Shown here piece by piece: positions 29,073 through 39,011 of a stretch of DNA of 48,074 bases. Numbering within the stretch: the stretch's first letter is position 1; each line of letters begins with the position of its first letter. Location: contig JALUTT010000055.1 in NCBI GenBank assembly GCA_027021705.1, positions 1 to 48,074 on the forward strand, in the 5' to 3' direction. The translations under genes were made by a program, and so were the position numbers. Source of the stretch: Anaerolineae bacterium. Its GTDB lineage: Bacteria > Chloroflexota > Anaerolineae > S140-20. The notes below the pieces were generated by a model. That model saw nothing but the letters and a program-made list of their open reading frames with translations, ran no database searches and had not been told where the DNA came from.

Positions 29073-29900
29073 TCACCACGCTGCGTCGGGAAACGTACAC
29101 ACCCCCGCATGACGGCCCACCCGCTTGTACATCTGCACCCCCGTGTACGGCTCCCCCAGAATGCCATCGTGGATCGCCCAACTCCGCCCCCGCACCGTCC
29201 TCTCCATCCCCCGACGCCGGAAGGGGGTCGAACCGTCCAGCCGCCGATAGAGCAGCCTCCCCGGCGCAAACTCCGCGTGAATCCACTCCATCTTGCGCCG
29301 GCCCCGCAGATAGTTGAAGCCGTATCGCTCCAGGAGGATCGCATTGTGGTAGGCCAGAGGCTCGGCGAAGAAGATGTCATGTCCCAAACGCCAGACAAAG
29401 CGCTCAAAGAGCGGGATCAGCTTCTTCGTCAAGCGAAGGCCCCGCCGCACCTGGCCCGGCGCCAGCCCAGCCTCCATCGCCGCGATTTCCGCCGGGATGT
29501 TGCGGCTCAGCGTGCCGAACTTGGTCCGCTCCCCCCGCCAGTCCCGATCCACGTCGAACCGGGGCGAGGTAGGGTCGTTGACGATGAAAAGCAAGACCTC
29601 TAGCTGGTTGTTCGGCGTGTCCGCCAGGTGCAGGTAGAGCAGGGGGTCAACAGTTCCCGGCTCCGGCAGGACCTCCACCTCCACCGACCCGGTCCCCGGC
29701 GTCGCCTTGAACGACACAAGCCGATTCCCATGGCGATCCGTCAACGTCCGAGGGTCTATGTGAAACCGCTCCAGCAGCTCCGTGGGAATCAGCTCCCGAT
29801 AGATCGCCTCCTTCTCGCTGTCCGGGAGGCTGTTGATCTCGTGAATGGAGGAAAGGGCCACACCGTCCACAACAAAGGGAGGCGGAGCGCCGGCTACCAT
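29073..29900 (-). CDS. hypothetical protein (possible AcuA/GNAT-like fold)
   Basis: Long ORF coupled to smpB; GLAPGQVRRGLR, EPLAYHNAILLERYGF, LDGSTPFR, RSWAIHDGIL; function uncertain. Confidence 0.7.
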   Translation of the reverse strand: MVAGAPPPFVVDGVALSSIHEINSLPDSEKEAIYRELIPTELLERFHIDPRTLTDRHGNRLVSFKATPGTGSVEVEVLPEPGTVDPLLYLHLADTPNNQLEVLLFIVNDPTSPRFDVDRDWRGERTKFGTLSRNIPAEIAAMEAGLAPGQVRRGLRLTKKLIPLFERFVWRLGHDIFFAEPLAYHNAILLERYGFNYLRGRRKMEWIHAEFAPGRLLYRRLDGSTPFRRRGMERTVRGRSWAIHDGILGEPYTGVQMYKRVGRHAGVCTFPDAAW

Positions 29901-30358
29901 GACCGCTCCTTCAACGCCCGCTCGATCTGCCGCCGAGTCTCCCGCTCCGCAATAGCCCGCCGCTTGTCATACTTCCGCTTCCCCCGCACTAGGGCGATCT
30001 CCACCTTGGCCAGCCCCCGCTTCAGGTACATGCGCAAGGGGACGATGGTATAGCCCCGCTCCTGCACCCGCCCCAACAGCCGGTTGATCTCCCGCCGATG
30101 GAGCAGGAGCTTGCGGGGCCGACGGGGATCGTGCTGACCATGCCGCCCCGCCGGCTCATAAGGCGCAATATGCACGTTGACCAGCCATAGCTCCCCATCC
30201 CGAGGTTGGACATACCCCTCCCGCAAGCTGACCCGCCCCATCCGCACCGACTTGATCTCCGACCCCTTCAGGGCGATGCCGGCCTCGTAGGTATCCTCGA
30301 TGTGGTAGTCGTGATACGCCTTGCGGTTGGTCGCCACAACCTTGACCGGCTCCCCCAT
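29894..30358 (-). CDS. smpB: SsrA-binding protein
   Basis: NRKAYHDY, EAGIALKGSEIKS, RKLLLHRREI, GKRKYDKR. Confidence 0.97.
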   Translation of the reverse strand: MGEPVKVVATNRKAYHDYHIEDTYEAGIALKGSEIKSVRMGRVSLREGYVQPRDGELWLVNVHIAPYEPAGRHGQHDPRRPRKLLLHRREINRLLGRVQERGYTIVPLRMYLKRGLAKVEIALVRGKRKYDKRRAIAERETRRQIERALKERSW

Positions 30359-30359
30359 C

Positions 30360-31937
30360 TCACTCTCCTGTCAGCAGGTACTGAACGGCCCGCTGTACCA
30401 CCGGATCCTTGTCCAGGTTCGCCAAGTCCCCCATCCCCCCACCGGCATCCGCCTCCGCCAGGAGCCGCTCCAGGCGCGCCTTTAGATCGCTGAGGGACCC
30501 CGTATCCAGGTCCGCGATCAGGCTCCCAACCTCCTCCTTCGCAGAACCCTCCACCACCTCCAAAGCCTTCTGCAATTCCCTCCCAGCCCCCTCACGATCA
30601 CCCTCCTCCAGCAAGGTCAAAGCCTTCTGCAGGAAGTCTCGCGCCTTCATCAGGCCGGCTCCCACCTTGATATTTGGCTCCAGCCCCTGCCCGTGGATCG
30701 CCCGACCGTTGGGCGTGAACCACCGGGCGATGGTCACCCGCAGCTCTGACCCATCGGAGAGGGTACGGGGAAGCTGAACCGACCCCTTGCCAAAAGTCTT
30801 CTGGCCAATCAGAACCCCTCGCCCCCGGTCCTGGATGGCACCGGCAACGATCTCGGCCGCACTGGCGCTTCCCCCGTTGACCAGCACGACCAGCGGGATC
30901 TCCTGAGCGATCCCTTTAGGGCCGGAGCGATAGACATTCTCCCCCCCATGGGCATCTCGCTCGATCAGCACCACCCCCTCATCCAGGAAGAGATCCGCCA
31001 CATCCACAGCCTCCTGGAGGAAGCCACCCGGGTTGCCCCGTAGGTCAAAGATCAGCCCCTTAGGGTTCTGAGCCAACAGGTCCTGCAGCGTCTCCTCCAA
31101 CTGCTCCTTGGCATGGCTGCTGAAGTCGAAGAGGCTCACGTAGGCAATCCCTCCCTCCAGCATCGTCGAGCGCACCAGAGGGATGTCAATGCGAGCCCGG
31201 GTCACCACCACATCGAAGGGCTCCTCCACCCCCTCCCGCTGGATGGTGAGGACCACATCGGTGCCTTCCGGCCCCCGGATGAGGGTGATCGCCTCGTAAA
31301 CGCTGTACCCCTCAATGGACTGCCCATCCACCGCCACGATCACATCGCCGGGCCTCAACCCAGCCTTGTCCGCCGGCTGCCCTTCGAAGGGCCAGACAAT
31401 CTCCAGGAAGCCCTGTTCGTTCATCCGCACCATCGCCCCGATCCCCTCGAATGTTCCCGAGGCATCTTCCCGCTCGATGGCCGCGATCTCCGGCTCCAGG
31501 AACGAAGTGTAGGGATCGTTCAAAGTCTCCAGCATCCCCCGGATGGCCGCATAGGTCATCTCGCGCTCATCGGGGAGTTCGCCGTAGAAGTCCTTCTGCA
31601 GGATCTCCCACACCTCCCAGAAGACACGGAACGTCTCCTCGCGAGAGGAGGGGGTAGGCGAGGAGACGAGGGGCGTAGGGGAAGGTTCGGCCAGCGCAGA
31701 CGGCGTCTCCTCCGACGACGGAGGGCGCGTTCCCTCCACCGGGGAGGATGTCGGAGCCTCACCCGGCGTCGCCGTCACCTCCACCCGCACAGGGGTTCCC
31801 CCAGCCCCAGCAGCGGTCCGCTGCTGGAGCACCACCATCCCGCTGACGAACCCGCCGGCAAAGGCCACAACCGTCAGCGCCGAGACCAACAATGCCAAAG
31901 CGACCAGCTTGAGAAACGCTGCCAACCGTTCGTTCAT
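30360..31937 (-). CDS. S41A carboxy-terminal protease (CtpA/Prc-like), copy 2
   Basis: DPYT, PDZ domain (GIG), DLRGNPGG, SASAAE, TFGKGSVQ, TPNG. Confidence 0.92.
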   Translation of the reverse strand: MNERLAAFLKLVALALLVSALTVVAFAGGFVSGMVVLQQRTAAGAGGTPVRVEVTATPGEAPTSSPVEGTRPPSSEETPSALAEPSPTPLVSSPTPSSREETFRVFWEVWEILQKDFYGELPDEREMTYAAIRGMLETLNDPYTSFLEPEIAAIEREDASGTFEGIGAMVRMNEQGFLEIVWPFEGQPADKAGLRPGDVIVAVDGQSIEGYSVYEAITLIRGPEGTDVVLTIQREGVEEPFDVVVTRARIDIPLVRSTMLEGGIAYVSLFDFSSHAKEQLEETLQDLLAQNPKGLIFDLRGNPGGFLQEAVDVADLFLDEGVVLIERDAHGGENVYRSGPKGIAQEIPLVVLVNGGSASAAEIVAGAIQDRGRGVLIGQKTFGKGSVQLPRTLSDGSELRVTIARWFTPNGRAIHGQGLEPNIKVGAGLMKARDFLQKALTLLEEGDREGAGRELQKALEVVEGSAKEEVGSLIADLDTGSLSDLKARLERLLAEADAGGGMGDLANLDKDPVVQRAVQYLLTGE

Positions 31938-33118
31938 CGCTCCCTCAGCAGGTATTCCAAAGCGGCTTCCAGTTGCGGATCCTGCCCAGCCTCGTGGGCC
32001 TCACGCTGCCAGGAAACCTCAATATCGGGTGTCAGTCCGCTCCCCTGCAACCGATGGCGGTTCGGTGTCAGCCAGATCGCCGCCGTCACGTGGAGGGAAG
32101 AGCCATCGGAGAGCGGATAGATCAACTGCACCGAGCCCTTCCCGTAAGTCTTCTCCCCCACCAGCACACCTCGCCCCCGATCCTGGATGGCACCGGCGAC
32201 GATTTCCGAAGCGCTGGCCGTCTGACCGTTTACCAGCACAGCCAGGGGCAGGTCCGTCGCCACCCCGCCCGGGTGGGAGCGATAGGTCTCCTCCGACCGC
32301 CCCCGGCGCTGCTCGTAGAGGATCACACCCTCGTCCAGGAACTCGTCAGCCACGGCGATGGCCGACTGCAGCAACCCCCCGCCATTGCCCCGCAGGTCCA
32401 GCACCAGGGCTTGAACCCCCTGAGCCTTCAGCTCCTGCAATCCCTCGGCCACCTCCTGGGGTGTCCGGTCGGTGAAATTGCTGATGCGCATATAGCCGAC
32501 CTGAGGGGCTTCTTCCAGCACACGCCACTCGGCTGAGGGCACCTGGATCTCCTGGCGGACAACGGTGAAGCGCAGCACCTCCCCATCCCGCCGCACCTCC
32601 AGCACGACCGAGGTCCCCACAGGCCCACGGATCAACTCAGCCACCTGACCCTCGTTCATCTCCGGCGTGACGGGCGTGCCATCCACCGAGAGCAGGACAT
32701 CGCCCCTCTGGAGACCCGCCTGGGCCGCCGGGCCATCGCGGAAGGGATCCAGGTAGATCTCCCCGGCCTCATTGCGGCGGATGTAGGCCCCGATGCCGCC
32801 GAAGAAACCCTGCAGCCGCTCTTTCTCCCGCTGGGCCGGCTGAGGTTCCAGGAAAACGGTGTAGGGATCACCCAGGGTCTCGAGCACGCCCCGGATCGCC
32901 CCATAGGTGCGCTCGCGGGGGGAGGGCAGGGGCCCATAGAAGTCCCGCTCCACCCAGTCCCATGCCTCCCAAAAGACATCGAAGGTGGTTGGACGACTAG
33001 CCTCCGCCCGGTTGGTCACCAGCCAGGAGGCCCCAAAGCCGGCAGCACAGGCCACCAGCACCACGACGACAACCACCCCCACCAGCAAGGGTGGAGAGAT
33101 TCCAAAGAATCGGCGCAT
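31934..33118 (-). CDS. S41A carboxy-terminal protease (CtpA/Prc-like), copy 1
   Basis: DPYT, PDZ domain, DLRGNGGG, TASASE, TYGKGSVQ; start taken at ATG 33118. Confidence 0.92.
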   Translation of the reverse strand: MRRFFGISPPLLVGVVVVVVLVACAAGFGASWLVTNRAEASRPTTFDVFWEAWDWVERDFYGPLPSPRERTYGAIRGVLETLGDPYTVFLEPQPAQREKERLQGFFGGIGAYIRRNEAGEIYLDPFRDGPAAQAGLQRGDVLLSVDGTPVTPEMNEGQVAELIRGPVGTSVVLEVRRDGEVLRFTVVRQEIQVPSAEWRVLEEAPQVGYMRISNFTDRTPQEVAEGLQELKAQGVQALVLDLRGNGGGLLQSAIAVADEFLDEGVILYEQRRGRSEETYRSHPGGVATDLPLAVLVNGQTASASEIVAGAIQDRGRGVLVGEKTYGKGSVQLIYPLSDGSSLHVTAAIWLTPNRHRLQGSGLTPDIEVSWQREAHEAGQDPQLEAALEYLLRER

Positions 33119-33223
33119 ACCTGTCACGTCTTTCCCCTTCGCACGGTGTCCTCCCTCTGACTCCAGAACAGTCACAGGTATTCTAACACACAACAGAAAG
33201 CACGCAAGTGGAGGGGAGGGCCT

Positions 33224-33280
33224 GCGGTGATTACCCACGGGCGGTTTAGCGTCCGGCGTCGATCTATGGGTGATCACCGC
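33224..33280. mobile_element. internally deleted MITE (same family as 12665-12830)
   Basis: GCGGTGATTACCCA ... TGGGTGATCACCGC; flanks GAGGGCCT / GAGGGCTT. Confidence 0.7.
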
Positions 33281-33536
33281 GAGGGCTTTCCAAGCCCGCC
33301 CTTCCCAAGCCTGCCCCTTCCGGGACACTTGTCACCCCTGATCCTCGACATCCATCCCTTGACCCTCCACCGGTTTGCTGTATACTTCTTCTATCCCCCG
33401 CAGCGCCCCGGCCCCCACCGGATGCTGCGAGTGAAGCCCCGCCAACCGGGAAGAATGCCCACAGCAACGCCCATAGGGACACAACCAGCCTGGTGCCCCA
33501 CCGGACACACCGGACACTCCTGAAGGAGGTGACGCG

Positions 33537-33842
33537 ATGACCCGCCTGATTGCCGGTGCCCAACCGGACACGTCGGACATCCCCAGCGAGGCCTCGACCG
33601 AGGAGCGGCTGGAAGCCCTCATCCGCATCTTGAGCGACTACATCGAGCACTACCACGGTGGATGGGTCAAGATGGTCGCCCTGGAGGGAGACACGCTCAA
33701 GGTCAAGATGGGCGGCGCCTGCGAGGGCTGCCCCCTCTCGGCGACCACGCTGCATGGCTGGATCGCCGGCACCGTGACCCAGTTCTTCCCCCAGGTCAAA
33801 TCGGTCGTCGCTGTAGAGACCACCAACCTGGCAGAACCCTAA
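33537..33842 (+). CDS. NifU-C/NfuA-like Fe-S cluster carrier
   Basis: HGGWV, MGGACEGCPLSATTL; AAGGAGG RBS. Confidence 0.85.
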   Translation: MTRLIAGAQPDTSDIPSEASTEERLEALIRILSDYIEHYHGGWVKMVALEGDTLKVKMGGACEGCPLSATTLHGWIAGTVTQFFPQVKSVVAVETTNLAEP

Positions 33843-33893
33843 GCCAGCAGAACTTCTGGGAGCTTCCACCTCCAACCCTGAAGGAGAGAGCCA

Positions 33894-35678
33894 ATGGAGA
33901 TCACACACGACATTGTCATCGTCGGAGCCGGGCTGGCGGGAACCTGGGCCGCCCTGGCCGCCAGCCGGCAGGGGGTCACCAACATCGGAGTCATCTCCAA
34001 GATCTACCCTCTGCGCTCCCACAGCGGAGCGGCCCAGGGCGGCATCGCGGCCAGCCTGTCCAACGTGCGTCCTGTCCCGGGCAGCGGCCCCCGAGGCCCC
34101 ATCGAGCCCACTCCCGAGAACGATCCCGAGGCCATCCCGGACAGTTGGGAGCTGCATATGTTCGACACCATCAAGGGCTCCGACTGGCTGGGGGACCAGG
34201 ACGCCATTGAGATCTTCGTCAAGGACGCACCCCACGTCATCTACGAGTACGAGCATATGGGCTGTGTCTTCAGCCGGCTGTCCGACGGCCGCATCGCTCA
34301 GCGCTGGTTCGGCGGCCACTCGGCCCCCCGCGCTTGCTACGCCGCCGACCGGACGGGCCACGTGCTGCTGCACACCGTCCACGAGCAAGCCCTGCGCCAC
34401 GGCGTGACCTTCTACAGCGAGTGGTACGCCCTGGACCTGATCATCGAGGACAACGTTTGCCGGGGAGTCATCGCCCTGGAGATCAACACGGGCGAACTCC
34501 ACGTGATGCGGGCCAAGACAGTGATGTTCGGCACCGGCGGCGCAGGCCGGGCTTTCAAGATCACCTCCAACGCCTACGCCAACACCGGAGATGGGGTGGC
34601 CATCGCCTACAACGCCGGGGTCCCGCTGATGGATATGGAGTTCTTCCAGTTCCACCCCACCGGCCTCTACCGCCAGGGCATCCTGATGAGCGAGGCCTGC
34701 CGGGGCGAGGGCGGCTACCTTATCAACCGCGACGGCGAGCGCTTCATGGAGCGCTACGCCCCCGACCGGATGGAGCTGGCTCCCCGCGACCTGGTGAGCC
34801 GGGCCGAGCAGACGGAGATCAACGAGGGCCGGGGCATCAACGGTGAGGACTACCTCTACCTGGACCTGCGCCACCTGGGCGAGGAGAAGATCATGTCGCG
34901 CCTCCCCCAGATCCGCCAGCTCGCCATTGACTTCATCGGCGTGGACCCCATCGAGAAGCCCATCCCCATCCAGCCGACGGCCCACTACACGATGGGGGGC
35001 ATCCCGACCACCGTGGATGGTGAGGTGCTGGCCGACGCCAAGGGGAACCTGGTGACCGGCTTCTACGCCGCCGGCGAGTGCGCTTGCGTCAGCGTCCACG
35101 GGGCCAACCGGCTGGGCACCAACAGCCTGCTGGAGGCCTCCGTCTTCGGGAGGCGCGCCGGCGAAGCGATGGCCCGCTTCGTCCAGGATGGGGCCAAGCT
35201 GCATCCCGTTCCCGGCGGCACCCTGGAGCGGGCCCAGGAACGGATCCGGCGGCTGATCGAGAGCGACGGCAACGAATCACCTTACAAGATCGCCGAAGAG
35301 CTGAAGGAGACGATGACCAACTACGTCGGCATCTTCCGCGATGAGGAGAAGCTGAAGCACGCCCTGGAGAAGATCCGCTCCCTGCAGCAGCGGTTCCGCA
35401 ACATCCGCATGATGGACAAGAGCCGGCGCTTCAACTCGGAGCTGCTGAACGTGCTGGAGATCGAGCACCTGCTGACCTTCAGCGAGGTCACCGCCGCCGG
35501 TGCCCTGGCCCGCCGGGAGAGCCGGGGAGCCCACTACCGCACCGACTTCCCCAAGCGGGACGACGAGAACTGGCTGAAGCATACGATGGCCCACAAGACC
35601 GAAGAGGGCCCCCGCCTGAGCTACAAGCCGGTGACCATCTTCTGGGATCGCTACCCGCCTCAGGAGCGAAAGTACTGA
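33894..35678 (+). CDS. sdhA: succinate dehydrogenase/fumarate reductase flavoprotein subunit
   Basis: [16 protein letters not shown] (covalent FAD His), [26 protein letters not shown]. Confidence 0.96.
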
Positions 35679-35701
35679 ACGCATCAAGAGGAGATAGCAG
35701 C

Positions 35702-36481
35702 ATGGGCGCCAATCGCACCGTAACCTTCCGCATCAAACGGTTCGACCCGGAGAAGGACCGCAAACCCCACTTCCAGGAGTTCCGGTTTGAGCTCCAGCCG
35801 GGCATGACGGTCCTGGACAGTCTGCTCTACATCAAGGCCGAAATAGACGGGAGCCTGACCTTCCGCTACTCCTGCCGGAGCGCCATCTGCGGCTCCTGCG
35901 CCGTGCGCATCAACGGACGGAACCGGCTGGCTTGCAAGACCCAGGTGGAGCCCCTCCTGGACCGAAAGGGACGCCTCACCATCGAGCCGCTGCCCTACCT
36001 GCCCATTCTCAAGGACCTGGTGGTGGACCAGACCGCTTTCTGGGAGCAGTACGAGCACGTGAAGCCCTGGCTGGTTCCCCCTGATGAGGTGCCCGAGAAG
36101 GAGTTCCGGGTCTCTCCCGAGGAGGTCGCTGCCTTCGAGGATGCCGAGATCTGCATTATGTGCGGCGCGTGCTACTCGGCCTGCACCGTCGTCGCCTTCA
36201 ACAAGAAGTACATCGGCCCCCACGCGCTGCTCAAGACCTTCCTGCGGGTGATGGACCCCCGGGACAGCATCGTGGGGGAGCGGTTGGAGATCGTGGGGGG
36301 CAGCGAGGGGGTCTTCCGATGCCACACCATCTTCAACTGCATCGAGGCCTGCCCCAAAGGGCTGAACCCCACCAAGGCCATCGAGACCCTGCGCAAGATG
36401 GTCCAGAAACGAGACCAGATCGTCGCCGCCCGGGCCGAGCGCCAAAAGCACCTCACCGAACCGATCCGGCCGGCGAGCTGA
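35702..36481 (+). CDS. sdhB: succinate dehydrogenase iron-sulfur subunit
   Basis: CRSAICGSC, CIMCGACYSAC, CHTIFNCIEACP. Confidence 0.96.
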   Translation: MGANRTVTFRIKRFDPEKDRKPHFQEFRFELQPGMTVLDSLLYIKAEIDGSLTFRYSCRSAICGSCAVRINGRNRLACKTQVEPLLDRKGRLTIEPLPYLPILKDLVVDQTAFWEQYEHVKPWLVPPDEVPEKEFRVSPEEVAAFEDAEICIMCGACYSACTVVAFNKKYIGPHALLKTFLRVMDPRDSIVGERLEIVGGSEGVFRCHTIFNCIEACPKGLNPTKAIETLRKMVQKRDQIVAARAERQKHLTEPIRPAS

Positions 36482-36508
36482 GCAGACACCGGCAGAAGGA
36501 GGGGATTG

Positions 36509-36862
36509 ATGTACAAGACCACAGGCTTCATCAGTTTCCTGCTGCGCCGCATCACAGGAGTAGCGCTGGTCATCTACCTGTTCCTGCACATCCTGGTGAT
36601 CGGCTCGGCCACGGGAGGACCGGACTCCTTCAACGCGACGCTCGACTTTGTCCAACAGCCCATCTTCAAGCTGGCCGAGGTTGGGCTCCTGGCGGCGGTC
36701 GTCTACCACGCCGTGGACGGCATCCGCCTCCTGATCGTCCACTACTTCAACGTGCCGGAGTACAACCGCAGCCTCTTCTACGCTATCTTCGTCGTGGCGG
36801 TGATCCTGACCATCGCCGGCGGCGTTCCCATCCTGCTCTTCATGCTCGAGGGACAGGGGTAG
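36509..36862 (+). CDS. sdhC: succinate dehydrogenase cytochrome b556 subunit
   Basis: RRITG..LFLH, YHAVDGIR; three TMs. Confidence 0.88.
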   Translation: MYKTTGFISFLLRRITGVALVIYLFLHILVIGSATGGPDSFNATLDFVQQPIFKLAEVGLLAAVVYHAVDGIRLLIVHYFNVPEYNRSLFYAIFVVAVILTIAGGVPILLFMLEGQG

Positions 36863-36880
36863 GAGGAAAGGAGTCGAACC

Positions 36881-37207
36881 ATGCGTCTCTGGCAGATTCA
36901 GCGCTGGACGGCCATCGCGCTGCTCGTCTTCCTCACGCTGCACATGATCGTGGTCCACTACCCGCCCTTCCACATCACCTTCGAACGCATCCTGGAGCGG
37001 CTGGCTCGGCCCGAGTGGAAAGCCATTGACATCGCCTTCCTCTTCGTCGTCCTGCTCCACGCTCTGACCGGAGCCTGGGCGGTGCTGACCGACTTCGAGG
37101 CGGTCCACCCCTTTAAGCGATGGATCGCCATCCTCGGGATCGTCCTCGGCGTGGCTGCTTTCCTCTACGGCACCCAGACGATCCTCAGCTTCCAACCGCC
37201 GGCGTGA
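36881..37207 (+). CDS. sdhD: succinate dehydrogenase membrane anchor subunit
   Basis: W.IQRWTA, HMIVVH, HALTG...LTD; three TMs. Confidence 0.85.
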   Translation: MRLWQIQRWTAIALLVFLTLHMIVVHYPPFHITFERILERLARPEWKAIDIAFLFVVLLHALTGAWAVLTDFEAVHPFKRWIAILGIVLGVAAFLYGTQTILSFQPPA

Positions 37208-37284
37208 GCCGGATGCGGACGGCAACCCACGGTCGGCAGCCTACGAGGCAGGATGCGGGCGGTGATGCTTAGGAGAGATGGACC

Positions 37285-38913
37285 GTGAAAGCCGACCGGG
37301 TGCTCTACAACGGTCGCCTTTACACGATGGACCCCGCTCGCCCCCGGGCCAGCGCCATCGCCATCGCCGGCGAGCGCATCCTGGCCGTCGGCGACGACGA
37401 GGCGATGCGCGACCTGCTGGACCCCGGGGGCGAGGCGATCAACCTGGAAGGGCGAACGGTCGTACCGGGCTTCGTGGACGCCCACGTCCACCTCTTGCAG
37501 ACGGCGCTGCTCCAGGATAGCCTCTCCCTGGAAGCCCTGCCTTCCCCCCAAGCCATCCTCACCGCCGTCGCCGGTTGCCTGCGCCGGACGGAGCCGGGCC
37601 AGTGGCTCGTCGGCTTCGGCTGGGACGAGCACCGCTGGCCCGGCTGGCGGCCCTCCCGAGCCCAACTGGACGGCGTTTCCCCCCACCACCCGGTCGTACT
37701 GCTGCGCCACGACGGCCACACGGCCTGGGCCAACAGCCGGGCGTTGCTCCGGGCCGGCATCACGGCCCAAACCCCCGATCCCCCCGGCGGCCTGATCCAC
37801 CGTCTCCCCAACGGCGAACCCAGCGGCCTGGTCAGCGAGGCCGCCGTGGACCTGCTGATGCAGGCCATCCCCCCGCCGCCCCCGGAGAAGCGCCGCTCCC
37901 TGCTGCGCCAGGTGATGGCCCGGGCCAACGCGGCCGGCCTGACGGGCGTCCACGAGATCCCCTTTCGCAACGACGTGCCGGTCATCAGGCAGGACTACCA
38001 GGCCCTGGCCGATGCCGGCCAGCTCACCCTGCGCGTCACCCTAATGCTCCACAGCGAGCAGTTCGAGGAGGCGATGGCCTCGGGGCTGCGGACAGGGGAC
38101 CCGGTAGTCGTCGGGCAGCCGGCGCTGGCGACCTGGCTGCGCTGGGGGCCGGTGAAGTGGTTCACCGACGGAGCGCTGGGAAGCGGGACGGCGGCGATGC
38201 TGGAGCCCTACGTGGGGCGGGGGGAGGACCGGGGGATCCTGCGCCTTTCCTCTGAGGAGATCGCCGGCATCCTGCGCCGGGCCAACGCGGCGGGGCTGGC
38301 CTGCGCCTTCCACGCCATCGGCGACGCGGCCAACCGCCACGTGGTGGAGGCGCTGGAGCGGGTGAGGGGGGAAGGGGGAGAAACGGGAGCGCCACGCCAC
38401 CGGATCGAGCACGGTCAGCACATCCACCCCGACGACGTGGTGCGGATGGGCCGGCTGGGGGTGACCGTCGTGGCCCAGCCGACCCACCTGGCCGACGACA
38501 TGGCGCTGTGTGAAAGGGCGCTGGGAGAGCGGGCCCGTTGGGCCTACCCCCTCGCCGACCTGCTGCGGGCCGGCGTCCACCTGGCCTTCAGCTCCGACAG
38601 CCCCATCGCCGACTTCTCACCGCTGACGGCCATCTACCACGCCGTCACCCGCCGCCGGCTGGACGGGCACCCCGGCCCCGACGGGTTCGAGCCGGCCCAA
38701 CGACTGACCATCTCCCAAGCGGTGGCTGCCTACACCACCGGTGCTGCCTACGCCTCCGGCGAGGAGACGGTCAAGGGGAGCCTCACGCCGGGCAAGCTGG
38801 CCGACCTAGTCATCCTCTCCCAGGAGGTCTTCGCCCTGCCGCCCGTCGAACTGCTGAACACCGCCGTCGTGGCCACGATGGTCGGGGGCCGGTTCGTGCA
38901 CCGGGGGTTCTAG
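37285..38913 (+). CDS. amidohydrolase 3 family (YtcJ-like) metallo-hydrolase
   Basis: PGFVDAHVH, KWFTDGALGS, HAIGDAAN, HRIEH, SSDSP, GKLADLVIL. Confidence 0.92.
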   Translation: MKADRVLYNGRLYTMDPARPRASAIAIAGERILAVGDDEAMRDLLDPGGEAINLEGRTVVPGFVDAHVHLLQTALLQDSLSLEALPSPQAILTAVAGCLRRTEPGQWLVGFGWDEHRWPGWRPSRAQLDGVSPHHPVVLLRHDGHTAWANSRALLRAGITAQTPDPPGGLIHRLPNGEPSGLVSEAAVDLLMQAIPPPPPEKRRSLLRQVMARANAAGLTGVHEIPFRNDVPVIRQDYQALADAGQLTLRVTLMLHSEQFEEAMASGLRTGDPVVVGQPALATWLRWGPVKWFTDGALGSGTAAMLEPYVGRGEDRGILRLSSEEIAGILRRANAAGLACAFHAIGDAANRHVVEALERVRGEGGETGAPRHRIEHGQHIHPDDVVRMGRLGVTVVAQPTHLADDMALCERALGERARWAYPLADLLRAGVHLAFSSDSPIADFSPLTAIYHAVTRRRLDGHPGPDGFEPAQRLTISQAVAAYTTGAAYASGEETVKGSLTPGKLADLVILSQEVFALPPVELLNTAVVATMVGGRFVHRGF

Positions 38914-39011
38914 CCTAACGGTCTGGCGGTCCACGGTCCGCAGTCCACAGCCTGCAGAAGTAGGGCAGCTTTCCGTAGCTGCCCGGCTTGGTTTGTTGAA
39001 CCTGAGGACTT

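Noticed and set aside
33264..37225. Long antisense ORFs over sdh (646 aa, 513 aa), and similar shadows elsewhere such as 10484-12625 and 44883-46739
   Set aside because: Typical high-GC antisense shadows of real genes, with no motifs
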